A stretch of 64,000 bases of DNA, taken from Longimicrobiales bacterium. GTDB lineage: Bacteria > Gemmatimonadota > Gemmatimonadetes > Longimicrobiales > Gaopeijiaceae. The DNA is taken from assembly GCA_965248195.1 (NCBI GenBank), contig CBDFIQ010000002.1, positions 3,200,001-3,264,000 of the forward strand. Reading direction: 5' to 3'. Below are positions 38,140 to 48,352 of the stretch, piece by piece. Each line of letters begins with the position of its first letter. Position 1 is the first letter of the stretch. The position numbers were made by a program, and so were the translations under genes. A model generated the notes under the pieces. The model saw only the letters and a list, made by a program, of their open reading frames with translations, searched no databases and had not been told where the DNA came from.

Positions 38140-39348
38140 ATGAAATTCAGCCCAAACGTCGCCCGCCTGCAGCCATCAGCCACGATGGCGGTCAGCACCC
38201 TCGCCAAGCGTCTCCGGGCAGAGGGCCGCGACATCATAGATTTGAGTGCCGGGGAGCCGGACTTCGGCACGCCGGAGTGGATCTCCGAAGGAGCGATCGA
38301 GGGGATTCGATCCGGTTCCACCCGGTATACGCCGGTGTCGGGTATACCGGAACTGAGACGCGCGATCGCCGGATATCTCGAATCGGTCGGGGGCAAGCCC
38401 GTAGACTGGGAGGGCGTCGTCGTGGGGGCGGGCGCGAAGCAGGCGTTGTTCAACGCCGCGTTCACGCTCTTTGGTCCGGGTGACGAGGTGCTCGTAGGCG
38501 CACCCTACTGGACGAGCTATCCGCAAATGGTCGCACTGGCTCGAGCCGAGCCGGTCCCGGTATCCGGAGATCCCGACCGAAACTTTCTCGTAACCCGAGC
38601 GGATCTCGACGCCGCGTACACGGAGCGGACGCGGGGGCTGATTCTGTGCTCTCCATCCAATCCGACCGGAGCGGTGTATGCCCTCGAGGAGCTACGGGAG
38701 ATCGCCGAGTGGGCAAAGGAAAAGGACGTCGTCCTCATCGCCGACGAGATCTACCGTGAGATCTATTTTGGGGACGACCGCTCTATTGCGCCCAGCATCC
38801 TCGAATTACCGGCGGAGTCCGTGGGCCGTTATGTCCTGATCGACGGGGCCTCCAAGTGTTTTGCCATGACTGGATGGCGCGTCGGGTTCTCGTACACCGA
38901 TGTAGAGCTCGGGAAGAAGCTCGGGGCCTTTCAGAGCCACACGACGTCGAACGTCGCGACACCCTCGCAGATGGCCGCGCTAAGCGCATTCTCCGATCTG
39001 AAGCGCGCGCGGGAGGCCAAGCAGGCGATGGCCGCCACGTTTCGTGGGCGGAGGGACCGGGTCGTCGCGCTACTGGACGCACTCCTGCCGCAGCTTTCCT
39101 TCGTGGAGCCGATGGGTGCGTTCTATTTCTTCATCCGGGTGGATACACTGTTCCGGGAGGGCGTCTCCGACTCCACGGCGCTGTGTTCGTGGCTGCTCGA
39201 GGAGAGCGGCGTGGCCTTGGTGCCTGGTGTCGCCTTTGGCGACGATCGCTTCGTGCGAGTCAGCTTCGCCACGTCGGACGAGTTGATGGAGAGAGCGCTC
39301 AGGCGATTGGCCGAGGTGGTGGGCAGTGCCGCCTCCACGGTAGAGTAA
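38140..39348 (+). CDS. Class I/II PLP aminotransferase (aspartate aminotransferase-like)
   Basis: GEPDF, SPSNPTG, ADEIY, GASKCFAMTGWRVG. Confidence 0.92.
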   Translation: MKFSPNVARLQPSATMAVSTLAKRLRAEGRDIIDLSAGEPDFGTPEWISEGAIEGIRSGSTRYTPVSGIPELRRAIAGYLESVGGKPVDWEGVVVGAGAKQALFNAAFTLFGPGDEVLVGAPYWTSYPQMVALARAEPVPVSGDPDRNFLVTRADLDAAYTERTRGLILCSPSNPTGAVYALEELREIAEWAKEKDVVLIADEIYREIYFGDDRSIAPSILELPAESVGRYVLIDGASKCFAMTGWRVGFSYTDVELGKKLGAFQSHTTSNVATPSQMAALSAFSDLKRAREAKQAMAATFRGRRDRVVALLDALLPQLSFVEPMGAFYFFIRVDTLFREGVSDSTALCSWLLEESGVALVPGVAFGDDRFVRVSFATSDELMERALRRLAEVVGSAASTVE

Positions 39349-39371
39349 CGCGCTACGACTTCGGATCTACC

Positions 39372-40295
39372 TCACCCGGAGCCTAGGGCTCTTCGCAGGG
39401 CCCTTTCCACGCCGTGGACGTAGGCACCCCCAAAGAGGTTCACGTGCACTAGCAGGGGGTAGAGCTGGTACACGTGTCGGCGACCGTCCTCGTACCCGTC
39501 CGAGAGCGGTCGGCAGTCTTCATACGCTGTGTAGAAGGCCCTCGGAAACCCCCCGAAGAGTTCCGTCATGGCCAGGTCGACCTCCCTGTGCCCCCGATAC
39601 ACCGCCGGGTCCACCAGGACCGGCCCCCCGTCAGGACCAGGGTACACGTTTCCACTCCACAGATCACCATGGAGGATAGAGCGCCCGTCGTTCGTCGCGC
39701 CCGCGAGCAGTGCCGGGAGCTTCGACCCGAGCGTGACCCACTCCTGGTCCAGACCGGGCAGCCGCCCATTGTCGAAGGCCAGGGCTAACTGAGGCTCGAG
39801 CCGTTCGGCCCACCAGAACGCGGGCCAGTCCTCCATGCTCGTGTTCGTTTGAGGGAGCGAGCCGATGTAGTTGGAGCGGTGCCAGCCGTATGGGCTTTCC
39901 TGTGCCTCGTGAAGCGCGGCAAGGGACCCGCCGAGGCGCTCCCCGTAATCTGAGGCCGGGCGTCCGTGGGGTACGTACTCAAGAAGTAACCAGGCCGGAT
40001 TCTCCCCGGCACCGGAGTGGCCGATCACCTCCGGAACCGTCAGGTCGGTTGCTTCACGTAGGGCACTCAGGCCATCGGCTTCTGCCGCAAAGACATCCAA
40101 TACGGGCCCCGTTGCCCATTTGAGGAAAAATTTCTCCTGCAGGTTGGTCGACAGACGCGCGGTCTGGTGAATGCACCCTCCGGTCACGGGCTCGGCTCCA
40201 AGGATTTCCACGCTCCGAGCCCCACGCCTCGACAGAGCTGCCTCCACACCCTGCCGGAGGGCGCCAGGGAGCGTGCCTGGAAACCCGCCCCTCAA
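39372..40295 (-). CDS. Fructosamine kinase family protein
   Basis: GGCIH, FFLK, AEADGL, LHGDLWSGN, DPAVYRGHREVDLAM. Probable TTG start overlapping the upstream stop. Confidence 0.9.
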   Translation of the reverse strand: MRGGFPGTLPGALRQGVEAALSRRGARSVEILGAEPVTGGCIHQTARLSTNLQEKFFLKWATGPVLDVFAAEADGLSALREATDLTVPEVIGHSGAGENPAWLLLEYVPHGRPASDYGERLGGSLAALHEAQESPYGWHRSNYIGSLPQTNTSMEDWPAFWWAERLEPQLALAFDNGRLPGLDQEWVTLGSKLPALLAGATNDGRSILHGDLWSGNVYPGPDGGPVLVDPAVYRGHREVDLAMTELFGGFPRAFYTAYEDCRPLSDGYEDGRRHVYQLYPLLVHVNLFGGAYVHGVERALRRALGSG

Positions 40296-40786
40296 CTCGA
40301 GAGCTCTGAGAGCAGGTGCTCGATGAAGGCGGCGCAGGTCCGATCGACCATGTCGAACATCAGATCGAAACCCTCGGGACCCCCATAGTAGGGATCCGGC
40401 ACATCGAGGTCCCCGTCCTGATGGGGGTCGAACTCTCTGAAGAGGGTGAGCAGGGCGCCACCCTCCCCTTGGGACTCCAGGTGGCGAAGGTCCCGAAGAT
40501 TGGTGCGATCCATCGCGAAGATGTAGTCGAACTCGTGGAAATCCTCGGCGCTCACGAGGCGCGCCCGCCCCCGGAGTGCGATCCCGTGGCGCATGGCGAC
40601 CTCGCTGGAGCGCGGGTCGGGGGGGTCTCCCTGGTGCCACGCCCCCGTGCCTGCCGAGTCCACGCGGACCCGGTTGGAGAGATCCTCTTCTTCCAAACGG
40701 TGTGCCAAGATGCCTTCTCCGAGAGGAGAACGGCAAATGTTGCCCAGGCATACGAAAAGAACGGAGACGTCGTATTTGGCGGTCAT
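40292..40786 (-). CDS. Low-molecular-weight protein-tyrosine phosphatase
   Basis: FVCLGNICRS, DSAGT, VPDPYYGG. Confidence 0.95.
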   Translation of the reverse strand: MTAKYDVSVLFVCLGNICRSPLGEGILAHRLEEEDLSNRVRVDSAGTGAWHQGDPPDPRSSEVAMRHGIALRGRARLVSAEDFHEFDYIFAMDRTNLRDLRHLESQGEGGALLTLFREFDPHQDGDLDVPDPYYGGPEGFDLMFDMVDRTCAAFIEHLLSELSS

Positions 40787-40933
40787 GTTCTCCGATTCTC
40801 GAGGCGGGGGCGACCCTTGGAGGTTTGGAATCCCGTGGCGGACCCCTAAACTTATAGGCCAATCCAAAGCCGGCCGCACGCGACGTCACTTCGATGCGTG
40901 GTTAATCCGGCTCATCCGTGCAGGAACAACTGA

Positions 40934-42214
40934 GTGGCAGACGAGAAAACGAGCCAGTCCCCACAACTTCGAACCTTCGAGGATCTGGGCGTATCCGACG
41001 CGTTACGTGCCTCCATCGAGGCCCTCGGTTGGGAGCAACCGACTCCGATCCAGGTAAAGAGCATCCCGACCGGCCTAGCCGGGAACGATCTGGTGGGGAT
41101 CGCCCAGACCGGAACCGGGAAAACCGGTGCGTTCATGCTCCCCGCCTTGGAGAGAATCGAAACCGGGGGAGGGCTGCAGGTTCTGGTCCTCTGCCCCACG
41201 AGGGAATTAGCGCAGCAGGTGTGCGATGACACCGAAGCGCTCGCCAAAGGAACTCGGATTCGGGCGGCGGCGATCTACGGGGGAGTGGCGTACGACCCTC
41301 AATTGACCGCGCTCAAGAATGGCTTCGAGGTCATCACCGCGACCCCGGGCCGGTTCCTCGACCACCTCGGGCGTGGCAGGGTCGACCTGAAGAACGTGCG
41401 CACGTTTGTGCTCGATGAGGCGGACCGGATGCTCGACATGGGCTTCCGTCCGCAGATCGAGGGGGTGCTGCGCGAGGTTCCCAGGAAGCGGCAGACGATG
41501 CTGTTCTCGGCCACCATGCCCAATGGAGTCCATGATCTCGCTTCTCGTATTACCAGGGATGCGGTGTGGGTCGAGGCCGCTCCGTCGGGAACCAAGGCTG
41601 AGGGGATCACCGAGCTCGTGTACTCGGTCAAGCCCGAAATGAAGCCGGATCTGCTTCTTCGCCTTCTCGAGGACCCCGCATGGGAGCAAGTGCTCATCTT
41701 CACCCGCACAAAGGCTGGGGCGGATGCGCTGAAAACCCGGCTGGACCGGGAGGGCATCCGCACCGAGGCCCTGCACTCGAACCTTCGCATGGCCCACAGG
41801 ACGAGAGCGTTGGAACGATTCGCGCAGAAGAAAGTTCGCGTGCTGGTAGCCACGGACATCGCCCAGCGGGGTCTGGACGTCGAGGGGATCTCGCACGTCG
41901 TCAACTACGACGTACCAAGGGACCCCGAGGATTACACGCACCGCATCGGCCGGACCGCAAGGGCGGGCGCCGTCGGGACCGCCGTCACGTTCCTGGCCGC
42001 GGCCGACCTTGGCGCGTTCAAGTCGCTGACGTACCATATCGGGAGGGATCTGGAGCGCATCCATCTTCCTGATTTCGACTACACTGGCACGCCACAGGCC
42101 GTGTCGAGCGTATCGTCAACTCGTGGGCGGCACTCTCGTTCCCCGACGGGCATGGGGTCTCGTGACGCCGACGATCTGACCGATGAAGAGTTGGCGGATC
42201 TTTTGAAGTTTTGA
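40934..42214 (+). CDS. DEAD-box RNA helicase (RhlE-like)
   Basis: AQTGTGKT, PTRELA, LDEADRMLDMGF, SAT, HRIGRTAR. Confidence 0.95.
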   Translation: MADEKTSQSPQLRTFEDLGVSDALRASIEALGWEQPTPIQVKSIPTGLAGNDLVGIAQTGTGKTGAFMLPALERIETGGGLQVLVLCPTRELAQQVCDDTEALAKGTRIRAAAIYGGVAYDPQLTALKNGFEVITATPGRFLDHLGRGRVDLKNVRTFVLDEADRMLDMGFRPQIEGVLREVPRKRQTMLFSATMPNGVHDLASRITRDAVWVEAAPSGTKAEGITELVYSVKPEMKPDLLLRLLEDPAWEQVLIFTRTKAGADALKTRLDREGIRTEALHSNLRMAHRTRALERFAQKKVRVLVATDIAQRGLDVEGISHVVNYDVPRDPEDYTHRIGRTARAGAVGTAVTFLAAADLGAFKSLTYHIGRDLERIHLPDFDYTGTPQAVSSVSSTRGRHSRSPTGMGSRDADDLTDEELADLLKF

Positions 42215-42247
42215 TCCCCAAGGTCGACTCGAACCCCATGACTTGAG

Positions 42248-42655
42248 ATGATCCTACGTCGATACGGCACGACCATAAGAAGCGTCGAAACGAACTTCGA
42301 CTCCAAGGCCCTCACTGAGATCGGGTTCCGGCGAGATCACGCCTTTTCTGCGCCGGCCGACGACTTCTTGGCTGGGCACGAACGGGTTTCAGGCCACCTT
42401 CTCGTGGCCGAGTCCGAAGGGGATGTGCAGGACGAAGTCGAATCGGCGATGCTCCAGCAGCTGCTCGATCAGCTTCTGAAAATCGAAGACGATTTGGCCG
42501 AGGGCGAGCTTGTCGTCGTGGAGAGTGAGCAGGGCCAGGACTACCCGAAGACGCGTACCCGGCAGAAAAATGTGGTCGTGGACGGAGAGAATCGCCTCTA
42601 CTTTTTCTCCAGCGTATCCCCGCCGCTGAAGGTGGCCGTGTTCAGAGCCCGTTAG
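42248..42655 (+). CDS. Hypothetical protein
   Basis: 135-aa ORF with natural acidic composition following the helicase. Confidence 0.7.
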   Translation: MILRRYGTTIRSVETNFDSKALTEIGFRRDHAFSAPADDFLAGHERVSGHLLVAESEGDVQDEVESAMLQQLLDQLLKIEDDLAEGELVVVESEQGQDYPKTRTRQKNVVVDGENRLYFFSSVSPPLKVAVFRAR

Positions 42656-42661
42656 GCTCCT

Positions 42662-42851
42662 GCAACCCTTTGAAACCGTTCGGCGTCCAATTCCGTAGAG
42701 GTGGATGGGTGGTAGGGGATGTGGGTGGTTTCGAAAGCGGCGGAGTCGGTTCGGGACGCTGTGCGGACGTGGGGTGATGATGTGGGAAGGCGTAAATGGC
42801 TTCGGCGCCTAGGCCCGGTCGGCTCATCGAGTCGGCCGGGTTCTTTTTTTT
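42662..42851 (+). ncRNA. Candidate sRNA or micro-ORF transcript between an ECF-type promoter and an intrinsic terminator
   Basis: GCAACC-N16-CGTC at 42662-42687; terminator at 42814-42851; about 160 nt purine-rich body. Confidence 0.4.
42814..42851 (+). terminator. Rho-independent terminator
   Basis: CCCGGTCGGCTC-ATC-GAGTCGGCCGGG followed by TTCTTTTTTTT. Confidence 0.88.
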
Positions 42852-42890
42852 GGGTGCGGTAAGTGGCTCGCGAACTTCTGGGACACCACA

Positions 42891-43883
42891 CTAGAGTGCC
42901 AAGGCCGCCGGGTAGCCTCCGGTGTGCCAGAGGACCATCCGATCCTCTGGTGGTATGCGGCCATTCTGGGCCCAGTCCAGCATGGCCGCGGCAGTCTTGG
43001 CCGTATACGCGGGGTCGAGCAAGACACCTTCGGTACGGGCGAGTACAGCGGTCGCCTCCTCCGATGCGTCGGAATGGATTCCGTACCCTGGGCCGACGTA
43101 GTCGTCCGTGGGGTGGAGCAAACCCGGGAGGAGTGGGGTTTGTGTTCCGAGCAGCGCGCCGGCACGGCTCACGAGTCCCTCGGTCAACTCCAGCATTTCG
43201 ACTCGGCTGATGTCGGGGCTCACGCCCACCAACCTCACATCCGTTCGCTCCAGGAGCGTGAACCCCAACGCCAATCCAGCGTACGTGCCGCACGAAGAAG
43301 CCGAAACGAAGATCCAGGTGTCCCCGGCGTGGGGACGGTCACGGAGTTGGACATCGATCTCGGTGGCAGCGCGTACGTATCCCAGTGAGCCGAGAGGGGT
43401 CGAAGCACCGAGAGGGATCACAACGGCGTGGCCCCCGCCCGCTTCGACCTCGGCGGCCACCTCGGCCATGGTCGGTGCCCGCTCTTTCTGCGAGGGGACC
43501 GGCCGGATCTCCGCCCCAAAGAGTCGATGGAGATACGCGTTCCCCTTGTAGGGAGGTGACGTGTCACCGTTGACCACGAGCACGCACTTCAACCCGAGGC
43601 GTGCCGCCGCTGCGGCCGTCAGTCGGGCGTGATTCGACTGGGCCCCCCCGCAGGTGATCACATGGGTGGCACCCTTCAGGCGGTCGGGAGCCAACTCGAA
43701 CTCGAGCTTCCTTGCCTTGTTCCCGCCCAGCCCAAATCCCGACTCGGCGTCCATCTTCAACAGCACGTCCGCCGGAGCCCGGCCGAGCCGTTGGGCCAGG
43801 TTCGGTGCCTCGATCAAAGGGGTCGGTTCCCGGACGAAGGGAGTACGGGGCCACTCCTGGAGCCTGGTGAGCATGCCGTTCAA
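42891..43883 (-). CDS. D-cysteine desulfhydrase / ACC deaminase family PLP enzyme
   Basis: GGNKARKLEF, GGAQSNHARLTA, LLDPAYTAK, WHTGG. Confidence 0.9.
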   Translation of the reverse strand: MNGMLTRLQEWPRTPFVREPTPLIEAPNLAQRLGRAPADVLLKMDAESGFGLGGNKARKLEFELAPDRLKGATHVITCGGAQSNHARLTAAAAARLGLKCVLVVNGDTSPPYKGNAYLHRLFGAEIRPVPSQKERAPTMAEVAAEVEAGGGHAVVIPLGASTPLGSLGYVRAATEIDVQLRDRPHAGDTWIFVSASSCGTYAGLALGFTLLERTDVRLVGVSPDISRVEMLELTEGLVSRAGALLGTQTPLLPGLLHPTDDYVGPGYGIHSDASEEATAVLARTEGVLLDPAYTAKTAAAMLDWAQNGRIPPEDRMVLWHTGGYPAALAL

Positions 43884-43975
43884 CGCTCTCCCCCTTCGGT
43901 GGTGGTGCAGCTTGCCCCGTCCACGGAGGCGGTGCCACCCGGGCTCACACGCCCGGGCTCGCCTTCACTGGACGG

Positions 43976-44665
43976 TCAGCGGGCGGGTGCCGGAATCACG
44001 AAGATCCCGTCAGCGAGTTCGGAACCGATGACCTCCTCGTCCCCTCGAATCCCAACGGATACGGTCGTGGGTCCGTCGAAGGGCGCTCTCTCCCGGACGG
44101 TGATCCGCACTCCCGGCACCAGGCCTAAAGTCTCCAGATAACGAAGGCGGTCAGGATCTTCATCCTGCACGGCCCGGATCTGCACGGCCACACCAGGAGC
44201 GACTTCGTTGAGCGTCACGAATCCAGCGACCTCGATTTCGCCGGATGGGGTAGGGATTGGAGCACCGTGAGGATCGTGGCTCGGGTGCTCAAGAATGGCG
44301 GCCATGCGATCGATCAACGCGTCGGATGCGGCGTGCTCCAATCGTTCGGCCTCCTGATGGACGTCCTCCCACGAGTAGCCAAGATGCATGTGCAGATAGG
44401 TTTCGAGGATCCGGTGTCTCCGGATGATCCGTAGGGCTTCGCGCGATCCCGACTCGGTGAGCCGAACGCCGTGGTACCGGGCGTGCTCCACGTACCCGCA
44501 CTCGGCGAGACGTTTGACCATTCCGGTGACGGAAGCCGGCTGTACGGAGAGGCTCTCGGCCAGCGCGCTCGTCGAGGCAGATTCCTCTCTCTCCGTGAGC
44601 GCGTAGACGGCCTTCAGGTAGTCTTCTACCGAGCGGGTAAGGCGGGGTTCGGGAGCCTGGTCCAT
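43976..44665 (-). CDS. DtxR/MntR-family metal-dependent repressor with FeoA-like C-terminus
   Basis: SVEDYLKAVY, PASVTGMVKRL, RRHRILETYL, VHQEAERLEH, DPHGAPIP. Confidence 0.94.
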   Translation of the reverse strand: MDQAPEPRLTRSVEDYLKAVYALTEREESASTSALAESLSVQPASVTGMVKRLAECGYVEHARYHGVRLTESGSREALRIIRRHRILETYLHMHLGYSWEDVHQEAERLEHAASDALIDRMAAILEHPSHDPHGAPIPTPSGEIEVAGFVTLNEVAPGVAVQIRAVQDEDPDRLRYLETLGLVPGVRITVRERAPFDGPTTVSVGIRGDEEVIGSELADGIFVIPAPAR

Positions 44666-44772
44666 GTGTAAACATGGGACCGGTCACGCAGCGTGGGAAG
44701 GCCGATGCGTGGCCTCGGCCATTCGAGGTTCGACGATTCGCGTGGCCTTTCGGGACCCGGTAAGATAGCTCC

Positions 44773-45186
44773 ATGGACTACGAGAAAATTACCGAGGGGA
44801 TTCGCGTGTCGGTTCGTCCGAGTTTCTCCTTTCCGTACTCGGACCCGGAGGAAGGAAGGTTTGTCTTTACGTATCTGGTGGAGATGGAGAACCAGGGCGA
44901 GGAGGTGGCTCAGCTTCTTTTTCGTCACTGGTACATTCACGACAGCCGGGGTGAGGATTCGGAGGTCGATGGTGAGGGGGTCGTAGGGGAGCAGCCCACA
45001 CTGGCCCCAGGGAGGTCGCATGTCTACCAGAGCTTTTGCGTCTTGCGGTCCCCGGAAGGTTTCATGGAAGGATACTTTACCTTCGTCCGCCCCACGGGTG
45101 AGGAATTTCGGGTCCCCGTCCCAAGGTTCGAACTGAGAGCTCCGCGGACGGTCGGGAAGGCTCCCGAATCGGACCTGATGAATTGA
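44773..45186 (+). CDS. apaG: ApaG
   Basis: QLLFRHWYIHD...VDGEGVVGEQP...Y.SFC...GFMEGYF. Confidence 0.92.
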   Translation: MDYEKITEGIRVSVRPSFSFPYSDPEEGRFVFTYLVEMENQGEEVAQLLFRHWYIHDSRGEDSEVDGEGVVGEQPTLAPGRSHVYQSFCVLRSPEGFMEGYFTFVRPTGEEFRVPVPRFELRAPRTVGKAPESDLMN

Positions 45187-45269
45187 AGTCCGGGTGCCAT
45201 GAGTGCCTCGTTTGGACCCGGAGGTGAAAACAGCTAGTTTCAACAGATTTCGCGCTTGAGGCGTAACCG

Positions 45270-45470
45270 TTGTCCGGGGAGGTGCAGTTGTCGGATTCAG
45301 TCGCTGTTGACGCCAAGCGCATACTTTTGCGCTATGGCGCCCCGATCAATGTCCTTGACGAGGTCTCGGACGAGGATCGGATCACCTTGGCCCGTGCGAT
45401 CGCCAAGACCAATCTTGCGGACCGGGAAACCCGGCTCAAGGAGCTTCTCGCGGAGCAAGGGCACGGGTAG
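45270..45470 (+). CDS. Small hypothetical protein
   Basis: 66-aa helical ORF filling the gap; start uncertain (may be the GTG after GGAG). Confidence 0.55.
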   Translation: MSGEVQLSDSVAVDAKRILLRYGAPINVLDEVSDEDRITLARAIAKTNLADRETRLKELLAEQGHG

Positions 45471-45518
45471 TAGGACTCCCTCAAGTACCGAAACGCCCCT
45501 GTCATCCAACGGTGCCAC

Positions 45519-48281
45519 TCAAAGCGACGGGGTCTCGGCGCCTGCGAAATCCCCGGCTTTGACGAACGTCATCTTATTCAAATCGAGATGGCGGCGTACC
45601 GCAGCGTTGACATCCTCGACCGCCAGGTCCCCGATCCGATCCTCGAATTCGGAGTCCCACACGAGGGTTCGATCGAAGTACAGCCCCTGACTCAGCATAC
45701 TCACTAAGCTTCGGTCCTGGGCCCGTGCGAGCTCCCGCGACTGCAAGTAACCCCGCTTCGCCACCTCCAACTCTCCGTCGGCGAACCCGGCGTCCAAGAC
45801 CCTCTGGATCTCCTCGCGGAGGGCCGCCTCGACTCTATCTGCGTTTTCCGGTGCCTGAATGGCTACAGCGGAGAACGAGCCGTTTTCGTCGATGGGATGT
45901 CCGCCGATCCCTCCGCCGACGCTATAGCTGAGACCATCCTGCTGCCGAATCCGCACTGCGAGGCGGGAGTTCATGACTCCGCCACCGATCATATACCCTG
46001 CCAGAATCAGTGCCGGGTAGTCAGGATCGTCATCCCGGAGGGCTAAATTCTGCTGGGCGAACAGAAACGCGTTGGCCTTGTCCGGCGTCTCGATCTGAAG
46101 AACCTCCGCGGGTGCGTCAAAGAACTCGGTGAGGATTCGGGTGGCGGGAAACGGGCTCTCCCAGTCTCCGAAGACCTCCTCGATGACCCCACGGATCTCG
46201 TCGGGATCGAAGTCACCGACGACCGCGAACGTGCCGAGCTGCGGTCCGTAAAAGTCGCGGTGGAAGGCCCTCGTCTCGTCGAGCGTAACAGCCTCCAGTG
46301 CGGCCACGCTCTCATCTACCGTAGGGGTGTAGTTCGGATGCCCTGGAGGTGCGGGGTTCATGTGCCGCCCCATGGCGGTTTGCGCCAGGGCCGCTGGATC
46401 CGAGCGCCGCTGCTCCAGAGCGGCGAGTCGCTGCTCCTTTAGCGTCTCGAACTCAACCTCGGGGAAGGTGGGCTCTCGAACGATCTCGGCCATCAGGCGC
46501 AGGGCGTCACCCAGGTTCTCACGGATGGTCTGGACGCCTCCGAATGCCTGGCTCAGGGATCCGCCCACGGAGCCGGTGGCCTGCATCCGGTCGAACTCGT
46601 CCTGGATCTGTTGACGCGTATGGCCGGACGAGCCGCGCATGAGCATCTGCCCGGCGAGGGATCCTGCCGTTCCCCGGCCCGTGAGGGCCTCCTCGTCCCC
46701 TAGGATCACACGAAAGCGTGCGTTCACCGTCTGACCCCTGGTAGCCTTCGGGAGGAGTGCGACCTTCATGCCGTTGGCGAGAGTATACCGGGTGGTGCGT
46801 CGCTCGATATTCGATGGTGAGGGGTCGAACGCCTCTCCGGCTGCTACGGCCTCTCGACCCGTATATCCGTCCAGTGCGGAGGCGATGTCGGGAAGATCAG
46901 GGACTTCGGCCCGGTCCGGTGCGTCGGTAGGGTAGAAGAAGCCGACCGTGCGGTTGTCGGGCTTGAGGTACTCAGCGGCGACACGGTGTACATCCGCCGG
47001 CTCCACCGCGTCGATCCGGTCTCGGTGTAAAAAGAAGAGACGCCAATCGCCCAGGGAAGCCCACTCGCTGAGTTGCAGGGCGATCCTCTCGGGGTTGTTG
47101 AATGTTTGCTCCACGCTGTTGAGTAGGGACGTCTTGGCCCGGTCGACCTCTTCTTCAGTAACCGGAATGCGGAGAGCGTCGACGAGGACCTCATTCATTG
47201 CTGTGACCGCCGCCGACAGGTCGTCTTCGGTTCTCACTTGCGCGAATGTGAGGAGAGGACCGGCCTCCCGGAGCTGGTATGCGAAGGAGCCGGTGGACGC
47301 CGCCAGCCCGGGTTCGACCAGACTTCGATACAGGCGTCCGGAGGGCTGGTCCCCGAGAGCCTGGGCCAGGATGTCGATCGCTGCGTAGTCCGGGTGGGAG
47401 CCAGGGGGCACATGGTGCGACATCATCACGATTTGCACGTCGCCCACTCGGCGGAGCGTGACCGTGCGCTCCCCATCTTGAACGGGCTCGCGGGTGTAGG
47501 TTTCCCACAAGGTGTTCTCACCGCTTCGATCTGGGCGCGGAAGACGGCCGAAGCTTTTGGCGATCAGCTCCAGGGCCCGTTCCGTTTCGAACTTGCCCGT
47601 CACGATGAGCAGCGCGTTGTCCGGCTGGTAATACTTCCGATAGAAGGCCTGGAGGCGGTCGATGGGCACGCTCTCCACATCAGAGCGGGCGCCGATGACA
47701 CCTTTCCCGTAGTTGTGCCACAAGTAGGCCGTAGCGAGGGTACGCCCGAGGAGCACACCGAACGGGCTGTTTTCCCCGGATTCCATCTCGTTCCGGACCA
47801 CGGTCATCTCCGAGTCCAAATCATCCTGGGCGATGAAGGAGTTGACCATACGATCCGCTTCGAGGTCCAGGGCCCACTCCAGATTCTCGTCGGTGCTCGG
47901 AAAGGTCTCGAAGTAGTTGGTACGATCGAAGGAGGTAGTCCCATTGGGGCGTGCCCCGTGCTCCGTCAGCTCCTCATCGATATTCGGGTGATCGGGGGTT
48001 CCCTGAAACACCAGATGCTCCAGGAGATGGGCCATGCCGGTCTCGCCGTAGGCCTCGTGCCGTGAGCCGACGAAGTAAGTGACGTTGACGGTCGCGGTGG
48101 GCTTACTGGCATCCGGGAAGAGGAGGAATCGTAATCCGTTGTCGAGGCTGTACTCGGTGATCCCCTCCACCTGCGTGATCTGCGTGACTTCTTGCCCCGC
48201 GGCCGGAGTGACGACCATGAAGGTCAAGAAGGTCAGCGCCGTCAGGCGGCGGTACCCGGATCGGACGTGACGAAGGGACAT
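45519..48281 (-). CDS. Secreted M16 zinc peptidase (PqqL-like, fused halves)
   Basis: Signal peptide, GMAHLLEHL (HXXEH), NGTTSFDRTNY, IRQQDGLSY. Confidence 0.93.
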   Translation of the reverse strand: MSLRHVRSGYRRLTALTFLTFMVVTPAAGQEVTQITQVEGITEYSLDNGLRFLLFPDASKPTATVNVTYFVGSRHEAYGETGMAHLLEHLVFQGTPDHPNIDEELTEHGARPNGTTSFDRTNYFETFPSTDENLEWALDLEADRMVNSFIAQDDLDSEMTVVRNEMESGENSPFGVLLGRTLATAYLWHNYGKGVIGARSDVESVPIDRLQAFYRKYYQPDNALLIVTGKFETERALELIAKSFGRLPRPDRSGENTLWETYTREPVQDGERTVTLRRVGDVQIVMMSHHVPPGSHPDYAAIDILAQALGDQPSGRLYRSLVEPGLAASTGSFAYQLREAGPLLTFAQVRTEDDLSAAVTAMNEVLVDALRIPVTEEEVDRAKTSLLNSVEQTFNNPERIALQLSEWASLGDWRLFFLHRDRIDAVEPADVHRVAAEYLKPDNRTVGFFYPTDAPDRAEVPDLPDIASALDGYTGREAVAAGEAFDPSPSNIERRTTRYTLANGMKVALLPKATRGQTVNARFRVILGDEEALTGRGTAGSLAGQMLMRGSSGHTRQQIQDEFDRMQATGSVGGSLSQAFGGVQTIRENLGDALRLMAEIVREPTFPEVEFETLKEQRLAALEQRRSDPAALAQTAMGRHMNPAPPGHPNYTPTVDESVAALEAVTLDETRAFHRDFYGPQLGTFAVVGDFDPDEIRGVIEEVFGDWESPFPATRILTEFFDAPAEVLQIETPDKANAFLFAQQNLALRDDDPDYPALILAGYMIGGGVMNSRLAVRIRQQDGLSYSVGGGIGGHPIDENGSFSAVAIQAPENADRVEAALREEIQRVLDAGFADGELEVAKRGYLQSRELARAQDRSLVSMLSQGLYFDRTLVWDSEFEDRIGDLAVEDVNAAVRRHLDLNKMTFVKAGDFAGAETPSL

Positions 48282-48352
48282 GGCTCCCTCCTCCTCGATT
48301 AGGCGCCCCTCGGGCGCCGTCGGAAAATGTTGTTCGGCTCAGGCGCGACCTC

